Assembly (NCBI RefSeq): GCF_032062105.1
Contig: NW_026923439.1
Location: 1-64,000 of the forward strand
Direction: 5' to 3'
DNA length: 64,000 nt
From: Saccostrea cucullata
Lineage: Eukaryota
In this document: piece by piece, positions 49,184-64,000 of the stretch
Position numbering within the stretch: position 1 is the first letter of the stretch
Layout of the letters: the number at the start of each line of letters is the position of its first letter
Position numbers and translations under genes: made by a program
The notes under the pieces: model-generated
Told to the model about the DNA's origin: nothing
Databases searched by the model: none
Seen by the model: the letters and a program-made list of their open reading frames with translations, nothing else

Positions 49184-51023
49184 ACAACTTATTTGCCCCT
49201 CCTCTGTCCCTACACAATACAGATCTAGAACTCTAGGTATACTGTAAGTGTATATGCCACGTTTAATTAATTAACACGTACAGTGTGTTTATCAATACAG
49301 CGGATATGCATAAACGAAAAGAAGATAAACATCAAATAAACAAACATCAGCAATATTTGGAATGCTTTGGAACTACGTATATTATCTGTTAAATACTCAC
49401 ACGAATGGAAGTTTTACGAATAAGCGAACCTCCCTGGAGTTTTTCCTTTGTGATAACAATCTTAGGTGGATCCATCCTTCATCTGTTTGCCGTATACTTC
49501 CTTTTTGCCACCATTATGAACACACACTTTCTCCCAGCCGAACCATCAACAAAATGCTGAGGTGAATTCCAAATCTGACAACAGCACGCGCCTGTTTCTG
49601 GCTCATGTTCTATATACTGTGTATATTCTTAAAATATTCGCGCTTTTATCAAAACAATGCCGACTATATAGATGTAGATGATTTTCTGAACAGCACTGAG
49701 TGCTTTACCTGGTTGTGCCAGATTTATCGATATGTTAATTATCTGATATGTGGGACTTTCTTTTGTAATTACGTTGTGTTCAATTAAGCAGGGATTAACC
49801 ATTTTAAAATTCACCAATGGTCATTAACCGAACCTTTAATAAGCTGAACGTAAATTGAATTATCTTGTAAATAATACAACAAAATTTGCAATAAATTGAC
49901 TTAATTCTATAAAAAAAATTCAGAATTTTAAACAACTCATATATGCATGCACATATGTATATAAATACAGTATAATGATAGGCAAGCTCATTGTAGCAAT
50001 AGCCTAGCTTCGGATACATTGCACGTAGCAACAGCCCCCCCCCCCCATTTTTACTATTGAAAGGACGCCCCCCTTTTTTTTTTTTTACAGTAAAGTTAAA
50101 AAAGGGTAATGTAGTGTTGTAGTAATAAAGTTTGGAACTGAAAAAAGTAAAACATTTCTCTGGCTACCCCCTCTCTTTAAAAATGATGCTACGTCGCTGG
50201 ATACACTTCAAAATACAAGTATTTTTGATTTGAAAACGTCTTTGTTGTGATCAAACGAGGAACAGGGATTTAACTGATTAAGTTGAGTCCACTAGAACGA
50301 GAAAGACATAACATGACCATTTAAAGTTTCGGGGGATGGTCTGATTGACTTGCTTCACTATACGGTGCCTTTACAAGATAAAAGCATATTTTTTTGCCAG
50401 CATAAAAGTCAGATTTTAAAACTATCTAGATAAATACACAATTGGAAGAATTGTATTTGAAAAAAGTGAATTAACAATTTGAAAGTTTGAAAGCAGATTA
50501 TCGGTTATTCTTGCTTTTATGACTTCGATAAAAAAAAAACGATTTGGATTTTCCGTTATTTTCAAGAAAGTGGACAAAATTCGTTCAATTATCAGTGTTA
50601 CTTTTTTGCTTCTAAAGGTCGAGCGTGCCCCCAGAAAAAATATGTTTCACCGATTTTATAAATCTTTACATTATATATAAAGATCGAGTCAGGTTTGGGA
50701 TAATGCTAAATGTAATGGTAATGAACTTGATGTATAATTAATTTAGTTATATGTGATGTTAAAAAAAAGCATTACATTTAATGGCAATGTAATGCATTGC
50801 TTTATAAAATTCATAGTAATGCTGGAATTACTCAGCATTATTTTGTATATACTTTTTTAAACGTTAAAGATAGATAATCAGAGATTACAGAGCTCATCTC
50901 AACGAATGAGGCAAAGTTCCACATTAAACTAGAAGTGCACATCCTAAGATGCAACATTAATGCAATTTTGATCGATCTGATCATAGTGCTTTCAGTTATA
51001 CTTAGTAATAGACTTATCAAAAA

Positions 51024-51054
<31 letters not shown>

Positions 51055-51784
51055 GAAAATTCAAACTAGTCACCCATCCAGAAAATGCAATTCAAATCCA
51101 GCATCAGAAGCAAGTGTAAGAGTGTTCATTCCATGATGCATCATCCTGGTCATTCATCCATGGTTCAGATAGGCCTTATAGTTATAGTAAAGGGTTAGGA
51201 GGTGGATAAAAAATAGGATTGGTAAAAGAATGTGTTTAGAATTTTGTTAGGGTGTGAAAGATAGTGGGTTTACCAATGCTGGAAAGTGGAGAGACCCCCC
51301 TCCCCCAAATTGTGCAAAAAATCTTGCGCTGAACATTTTTTTTGTTTGCATAACGGGGTCTGTATATAAAACCAACGTTCTGCAGCTATTCTAGACAAAA
51401 TAGTCATCGGGATCGGGATGCCATAAATCTTGAATGCAGACATGTGAAAAAACAAATGTAATACTTTATTTCACTTTCAGACCAAAATCGATGAAATTAT
51501 TTTAAATTACTGCTCATATATTTATGCCTCTATGATTCTGCACGACCGGGATGAAGCACGATATTTCAAAGCTGAGATACACACACGAGTACTCGGAGAT
51601 TGTAGGAGAATTAATGTTGATTTGGACTGAAGTTGGATTCCCAGTGTACAGCTGGTAATTTGAGTAGTTAGGACAAAAACATATAAATTATCAGAGTATA
51701 TACGCCTATTTCAGTTGATTTTGCTTCATAAAGTCTAAGAGAGAATTGTTGTAAAGTCTCTCCTCCAATCTTTTGAAACAATGA

Positions 51785-51882
51785 ATGATCTCATTTATGG
51801 GGTTCAGATATAAACAATGATCTCATTAATTAAGTCATTTATGGGGTTCAGATAACAATGAACTCATTTATAGGGTTCAGAT
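51785..51882 (+). repeat. Short tandem minisatellite (about 3 copies of tcatttatggggttcagat)
   Basis: Copies at about 51791, 51835 and 51863. Confidence 0.7.
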
Positions 51883-52084
51883 GCTGTTTGAATGTATTTG
51901 TTTAATGTCTCTTTGAGAATTTTTCACTTATATAGAGATGCCACCAAAATTTTAGAATAGCATTCTTATTTTGATAAATTTGCTGCAATTCACAATATTT
52001 TAATTTCCCAGGTTCTAGACCAACATTCACTGTACACAAATTTTGGGAGATTGTAATACAATTCCAGCAACTATATAGCAAAAA

Positions 52085-55000
52085 ATGGATGATAAATCAA
52101 ATAGACTACAATTAGTTCAACTAAAATTGATCAATGTTTTGGATTTTCTATCGAATTACCTCCCCCTTGTAAACTGTCATTCTAATGACTTTATTCTTAA
52201 CAATCATTGGCACACATTTTTGTGTGAGTCCATCAGAAAAGAACTTGAAACCCTCAGTACTAGTGAACTTGTATCAGTCTTGAGTCATACAATTGATAAC
52301 AAGAAATTAAGCCAACAGGAGACTTGTAGAGAAGATGGATCTGATCCAAGTTCTTGGAAATTCAAATGTGAATATCTGGATACAACAAAGACAGAAAGTG
52401 AAATTAGTGAAATTTATTCACCTGAGATGCAGAAATTGCCCCCTCACTGGGTTCATGGAAACTTGTATTCATTTTTATATGATGCACAAAGGAACAGTCT
52501 TCAAAACTTGGGCATTCTTTCACAGATTGAAAATCTTTTTGAAGATGTAAATGCTGCAAATGAAAACTCTGTGTTTATTTCCACATTTATGAATCAGAAA
52601 AAGACTCATGAAGTAGAGGTAATGGGAGAACTGTGTTTTAAGCTGACTAAGAAATATGACACTAGTGTGGTAAGTAAACCTGCAGGATATATTTCATTAT
52701 TTTGAAATTGTTAGTTTATAAATATGGTATTGCCAGTATCAACAACTTGAATAATGATGCACCTAACTAGAACAAATCATCTTATTGTAAAAAAAAAATG
52801 AATTTATGTGAAATTTAAATTTAACATAAATCAAAGGAGAAATCAAACTGAAAATTTTGAAAAATAAATGAAAGGGTAACTTATGTTTTTTGTGTATTTT
52901 TAGGTAGTAGATCTAGGGAGTGGTAAAGGATACCTCAGTACACACCTGGCATTCCAGCATAAACTGTGTGTGATTGGTGTAGATGCCCAAAACATCAACA
53001 CAAAAGGGGCCACAAAGAGGGCAGACATACTATCCCGGCAGTGGGAGGGAATAACTCGAAATGAAGTTTTACGAGCTGATAAAGTTGAGCCAGGAAAGAT
53101 AGGTAAAAAGAAGAAAAAACTTATGAAGAAGTTAAATCTAGAAAAAGACATGCAGCAACAAAAGGACTTCAAAAAATCTGATGATTTGCATTGTGGGATA
53201 TCTGATGAACTCCTTACAGACTTCTCCGGTTTATTTGATGATTCTGGGGAAATTGGTGATGGTAAAATAAGTGGAGATTTCAAAGATAGTTTACCAGTAA
53301 CTTGTGATTCCTCAGACCTGGCAGAGAAAATTCAAAATAGTGCGACCATCAAAAACAACTGTAAAGGAGGAGAGGGGAAAGAACATCTAAGCAAATCTCA
53401 AACAGAAGTCAAAACTAATATAGAATGTGAGCATAATTCTAATAGTAGTAATTTTTCTCATAAAAAAGTCAACACAAAATCTTCAACACTAAAAGCCAAC
53501 CACTTTCCTGTTACCATGTATATACACACAGACTCCAACCTTAGTGACATAGTAAACAAAGCTTTGGCACAGAATTCAGCACACACAAAAGGCAAGGGAG
53601 CATCATCCACAGATTTCTGTGAAATTTCTTCAACTGAACAGGGCAAATCAGTCTGCTGTGATAGAAGTGATCAGGAATGGGACAGGAAAAACTGTGTTCT
53701 GCTGACAGGGCTCCATACTTGTGGTGGTCTGGGTTCCAATATGTTAAGACTGTTTGTTGAGTCAGAAGATGCCAAAGTCCTGTGTAATGTAGCTTGTTGT
53801 TATCACCTCATGAGTGAGGAATTTGTTGCCAGTCCATTTAAAGAGAAAGGTACATCTAGCTTAACATTAATATAAGTGCATTCAGGAAAAAGTGCATTTT
53901 ATATGTGTCAGTTTGATAAAGATTCAATCATATAGCCATGACTAGTGAAAAGATGATGTTTTGATTTTATTTTTATCTATTGGTATATAATTATTGTAAA
54001 AGAAATATAACCTATGTTTCTAACATCATTTTGTAGAAGACATGATTGAGGCTCCAGGCTTTCCTCTTAGTGACTTTTTAAAGAGAAACAAAGTTGGTAT
54101 CGGGAGACAAGCCAGAAATCTGGCCTCTCAGTCCGTCAACAGACGCGCCCAGGACGAGGAGGTATATCTCTCATAACCCAGTCTTGGGAACTCCATTACA
54201 TTGTGTATTTTATATATTAAATTGTCTTCTTATGTTTTGTTTGCGTAGGTGCTTGCTAAACAGTTTCCCAGAATGTTGCTGCAAGTTATACTTCGGGATC
54301 AGCTGGGATATGTGAGAAGTGATTGGAAAGGGCTGAGAAAGTTAGACCAGAAATGCAAGGGGATGTATGAATACGTTACAAAGGCATTTGTCAAGCTAGG
54401 AGTTCCTACAGGAGGAGTAAGTTTTTAGCTTAAATAAGTTGTGTTGCTGAAACATTATGACCAAGATGGTAAATACCAACAACTGTTTTACCCTGACATT
54501 TGACAATTATCGGGCCATGACCCAAAGATATAACTTTCACCTTTATCGTAAATAAAATTTTATGCCTAGTTTACTTGAAAGTTATGGTAAAAAGTGATGA
54601 AGCTGTAGAAAAGAGCTGACAAAATTTGTTCTGAATGGCATGTAAATAGAAAAGTGTTCTTTCACACATGTAATCAGATGGGTAAAAACTATAAACAAAT
54701 TTATATTGATAGATCACTGAGGAGCTTATCGATTCCTATTGTGAAAAGTACAAAGACCAGAAGAAGAAGTTTGCTGCATTCTTTCAGTTGAAGACTGCCC
54801 TGGCTCCCTGCATTGAAGCTGTCATTCTGTTGGACAGGCTTTGTTTTCTTCTCGAGCAGGTATATTATCATTTTGTTTGGATGCAGAAACAGATTTATCT
54901 CCCTTTACGCAGCTTCAGTTCTTGCATCACACTGGTTTATGTTCAATGCATTCATAAAGATTTCATTGTAGATTAAAAAAAAAACGCCAAAAAAACTCCA

Positions 55001-55134
55001 ATTTCTTTTCTTGAGTTACTTATAAATATACATAATTTTCATTACAGGAGTCTGTTAAAGATGCCAAACTGCTACAGCTCTTTGACCCTGTGACCTCACC
55101 AAGGTGTTATGGGATTGTTTCTGTGAAAGTTTAA
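52085..55134 (+). CDS. METTL25: Methyltransferase-like protein 25
   Basis: Exons 52085-52669, 52904-53849, 54037-54161, 54249-54416, 54713-54859, 55048-55134. Motifs FMNQKKTHEV, VVDLGSGKGYLS, TGLHTCGGL, VACCYHLMSEEF, GFPLS and FDPVTSPRCY. Confidence 0.92.
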
Positions 55135-56060
55135 GCAATCATGGACCCCTTCAGTGTTCTGTTAAAATCTAAGTGATTCTGGACCATTCTGATTATATGC
55201 TACGATAAAATACTTTAAAAGATAAATACATGTATGATGATTTTTTGTAATACAAGTGTAACTGTGTTGAATGAAGTTTTGAAAGAAATGTGGTGTCCTG
55301 TTTTTATATCAGACAACAAAAGTACTGATTTTGCCACGTATTACGCATTGGACTGGTGAAGACATTCAATATTGAAAATTATTAAAAGATGACTGCTTAT
55401 AGTAAACGGAGGGGAGAAAATTAATCCAAGAATAATGACTATTTGCCGTTATTAATTTGACCCCATAAGATTCCCAAATTTGGCAATCAATGATGAATTC
55501 AGCTAAATTACTAAATTTGGCATTTTCATTGACAGATACTAATAAGGAATTTTATTTTTAAAAAGAGCTGTCTTTTAAAGTTTATGTATATTTGATTTCA
55601 CTATTTCTGGTTTACAATTCGGGTTTATTTTCCAAGACCATTTTTGTTAAGATCTGTTCAAGTATAAATTTCTAGACAAACTGAAGATTTGAAAATACCT
55701 GTATAATAGGTTGGTTATTTGAAATGCAGTCTATTTTTTGGTCACAGTCTTGATTAATATACAATACTATTCATGTCCAATTGATAATGTCTGGTTTGAG
55801 ACTACTTTAATGGAAGTGAATGTACAGATGTAGACAAATTACCAGGATTTTTTTTTAACTAATTGTTTCATTGGCATCTAATGAAGTCCGAGTTTTATAC
55901 AAGTCAAGAACTTTCACTATGGGCTTTCAATTTATAATTGGGCTTATTGGCTCATACATTCACTCATAATTATAAAAACACTGAATATTACAAGAATTTT
56001 TTTATCAACAAGTGATCCATAAGACCATAAATACTACACTACATTTCAGAAGGAGCCAAA

Positions 56061-57211
56061 ATGACTTCATCCCCAGGTGCCCCAGATCCAGCCTTCACCT
56101 TGAGGGGGAGTGGCAGTCCCATCACCTGTCTGAAATTTACTGACCAGGCAGATCAGAAGCTTTATTCCGGTTCTCAGGAAGGAACTATCCATATCTGGGA
56201 CATGAAGACCCATAGACCACTAGAAACACTGGCTGCCCACCCTGGACAGTCCGTTCTGTGGATTGAGTTCATCAGTGGTGATGAGATGGTGACGTTTGGA
56301 AGAAATGGCATTGCTAATATATGGAAAGCTGCAGAAGCAAGTTGGACAATTACAGGTTAAATGATTATTTAATAACTTCTTTGTTAGTGTTAGACATTTT
56401 ACGCAGCTATGTTGTTACTTTGCATTAAACTACATGTAAAAGGTAATTTCCACATACCAAGATATATCGGTATACTGGCTACTTATACATCTATTCTGTA
56501 TATATTTTGTAATTTATTTGTGTAAGAAATTTGCCAAGTACCTTATTATTTCAAATGTTTCATATTGATCTAATTCTAGGTAACATTCAGACATCTGTGA
56601 TGGGGTTTTGTCCTGGTGCACTGCTGAAACAGGACAATTTACTGGCTCTTCCCAGTGAGGAAACATCAGCAGTTGATTTATACGATATCAAAACTCGGGA
56701 GAAAGTTGGACATTTCCTTGATTCTGGCTGTAAACATGGAATGACTATGAGTATCAAGTCAATTTCCGACACATCTCAATTTTTTGTGGGATATGAAGAT
56801 GGTTCCATTGGTTTATGGGATTGCAAACATTCTGGAATCCTGGACAAGGCTAAATTCTTTGAGGAATGTGTGATGTGTCTTGACTACAGCTCTGGTGCTA
56901 ATCTTGGAATCTGTGGATCTCCCAGTAAGACGTTATCGACCTGGAACATTACTGATAACCAGATTAACAAGGGAACAAGTTATGAAGTGAAAAACCCTGG
57001 ATTTAACGACGTAAAAATTCGTAATGACCAAAAAATATTAGCCACTGCCGGTTGGGATCACCAAGTACGAGTGTTTGGTGTGAAGAAATTCAAGCCTTTA
57101 GCTGTATTGTCCTACCACAAGGACAGCATTCAATGTCTGGCCTTCTCAAAAGACAATATGTTAGCCTGTGGTTCTAAGGATCAACATATCAGTCTCTGGA
57201 AACTTTACTAA
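56061..57211 (+). CDS. GNB1L: WD40 protein GNB1L (ASTRA/Asa1-like)
   Basis: Exons 56061-56355 and 56580-57211. N-terminal PDPAFTLRG; C-terminal KIRNDQKILATAGWDHQVRVF...PLAVLSYH...GSKDQHISLWKLY. Confidence 0.93.
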
Positions 57212-58473
57212 TTTACTGTAGTAATATGTGACAATTTGTTTTTCACAGTAAACACAGAATCAATTAAGACAATTTTTTAATCTTTGCATTTTTTAATGGT
57301 ATTTTTATTTTTAAAATATCAACAATAATTTGAAATTGGTCAGTTTTAGCTTTCCTTTCATTAAATGAACATACGTGTACTTGTAAACATGGAACACAAC
57401 ATTCTATAACCTCCTTTATCATGGAAATTCTTTTCATAGAATCTTTGGACTTATTACATGTATAAGGATGTGTTATACTTCAGCCATTGAGACAGACAAT
57501 AAAAACTGACACATATCATGAACAAAATGAAATGTTAAATTTCTCTTCAACATGGCAGAAAATGTGAACTACATGTACATTTTAACTTGATATTAAACTT
57601 CATATTGAGGATGTCTTGTTATTATTTCTAGATCATGTACATATGTACCTGTGTTAAGTAACAATGAAAAAATAACAGATCAATACTCTTTTCAAGTGGC
57701 CTTGTGTGATGCAGTGCCGAACAGACACAGCATCCCACTGACAAATGAAAAAGATACAGCTATTAACAGAGAGTATTCCAGTAACAGAGAACAAGTTGCC
57801 CTATAATCAGACCCTGATCAGTAGTTCTGATAACACAGTAACAAGATCGGAACACACAACAATAACAGAGATAAAAACAGACTAGATCAAGAAATCTCTT
57901 AAGGTGTAATGCTGACTAAAGTGTTATCAAATCTCAAACAGTATATAGAAAATCTTTTATCATTATCTAAAACTGCTTGAGTACATTATAAGTTAAAAAA
58001 ATGCACTAGGAATAGAAAGTATACAAAGTATATCAGTATATGCATCACTGATGTATGCATCGTCTATTTCTCTTAATTTTTAGTTGTATAGTAACATATA
58101 ACAGTAATAGTCTAAATATCCTGCAAAAATCAAAATGATAAATTAAAAAATAATTTTTTTCTCAACAAGTTTCTTCTAAATACCTGTGACAGCTTTAGTG
58201 CACTAGTCTAAAAATATTTTTATAAAAATTTTTTTTATTATAGATTTTTTGTTAATATTTGTCTTTTTGAAACATTTTAATTAATTAAATATAACACTTG
58301 AACATTGCAGTGGTTGTATATACCTGAGTATTGGAGAAATCAATTAATTGTGCTGAACACTTGAACATGAACATATAATATTGCACTCTAAAATTGTTCA
58401 AAAAAATTTCAATTGAAGAGAAAAAAGTCTGAAAATAGCCTTCTATATTTTTTAAAGATCTTGAATTTTAAAC

Positions 58474-63015
<4,542 letters not shown>

Positions 63016-63057
63016 CTGAAAAAGAAAACCATATCAAATAAATGATTATTTATAATA

Positions 63058-63275
63058 CTGTAGATCACTTAATTTTCGCGACACCTTATTTTCCCGAGAT
63101 TGTCATTGACTCTTTGTAAGCGAAGCATAATTTTCATGAATAGTTGTAATTCCTCTATATACATTTTTGTAATTGTAAGGAATACTTTAATACGCGAGAA
63201 TTTAATTTTTGCGAATGCATTGTCTCGCATAATTACGCGAAAATAAAGTTCTCACAAATAAAAAGTGATTTACAG
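63058..63275. mobile_element. TA-flanked MITE (CTGTA...TACAG)
   Basis: ta|ctgtagatcactt...aagtgatttacag|ta with cgcga-rich subterminal repeats. Confidence 0.7.
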
Positions 63276-63368
63276 TATTTAACTACAAAGTAACATCTTA
63301 ATACCGGAAAAAAGCAAAACCAACACAAAGTCATTTAAAAAAAAAAAAAGGTATAAAAAGTATGCAAA

Positions 63369-63378
63369 AACTAGATGA

Positions 63379-63416
<38 letters not shown>

Positions 63417-64000
63417 CTATCGATAAGATGAGATATGATTTTGACTTAAATTTTTGTTAAAACATTATGATATCAAAACTTCTTTTATGTGATTAATTTT
63501 TTTTTCATTTATATAACATTAAAAAAACTATAAATGCAGAAAGTTGAATGGTTGTCTATTGTTTAGAATACGATTCTAAACATCTTTTATTCAATATTCC
63601 TTATGAAAATAGTTCTCCCTTTGGAGGTATAAAGAATGGAAAGATTAAGCATTTTGACCTCTTATGGCTCCTAATTTTGTACTTATGATCATAATTTTAT
63701 AATATATTGTTGCAAATTGTTAAGATAAACATTTTTGCTTCAGTAATTTATAACAAAATATTGTTCATTAAAGAGATATCACTAAAGGACATTTTGCCCT
63801 TCAGAGACCCTAATTTGAGGGGTCAGCCCCTTTTTCTTGGTATAATATAAATGCTCTTTACATTATGCACAACTTTTCTTCAATATCTTTTAACAAACTA
63901 TGAACAGGTAAAAAGATATGAAATAAAAGGTGTCAAACTTTGTGAGATGTTTCTGAGACATTTTTTGGGCCCCACAGATCTCCGTTGCCTTTTATGCTAG
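63369..64000 (+). mobile_element. 5' part of a HINE-type element with degenerate internal repeats
   Basis: Begins aactagatgagatctcgttgcgagcaacgag (5' hairpin); truncated by the window edge. Confidence 0.5.

Noticed and set aside
51019-51300. Possible telomerase RNA (minus-strand CCTAACCCT upstream of a T-run)
   Set aside because: No pseudoknot or H/ACA features were evident, and 51060-51130 is the reverse complement of dispersed repeat sequence at 38001-38080.
52900-53646. Minus-strand ORFs of 127 and 62 aa
   Set aside because: Antisense shadows of the large METTL25 exon.

Overview
AT-rich, intron-containing animal genomic DNA, most likely from an oyster (Crassostrea/Magallana-type). This is inferred from the ~160-bp satellite arrays carried inside Helentron-type elements and from the MITE repertoire. 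I rebuilt gene models by hand from splice sites and reading frame. In order: an extended-synaptotagmin/tricalbin-like TM-SMP-C2 gene (-, runs off the left edge) head-to-head with NUSAP1 (+); a 72-aa Cys-rich membrane microprotein (-); MRPL33 (-) divergent from TMED10 (+); a 54-aa single-pass microprotein missing from the ORF track (-); tRNA-Asp(GTC); a 63-aa mitoregulin (MTLN)-like microprotein (+); an intronless, divergent otopetrin (-); a probable tail-anchored small protein (-); METTL25 (+); GNB1L (+); and the 3' part of a PLEKHH/MAX-1 MyTH4-FERM gene (-, runs off the right edge). Introns and intergenic DNA are packed with nested non-autonomous DNA transposons. The most interesting region is 40970-43683, where an apparent invertebrate mitoregulin homolog and a second microprotein with the same EVxG...TFxxGFxxG signature are transcribed divergently around a tRNA gene. 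There is also a strong window-wide excess of TACATGTA, the classic Tc1/mariner excision footprint. All homology calls come from recalled family motifs, not database searches.
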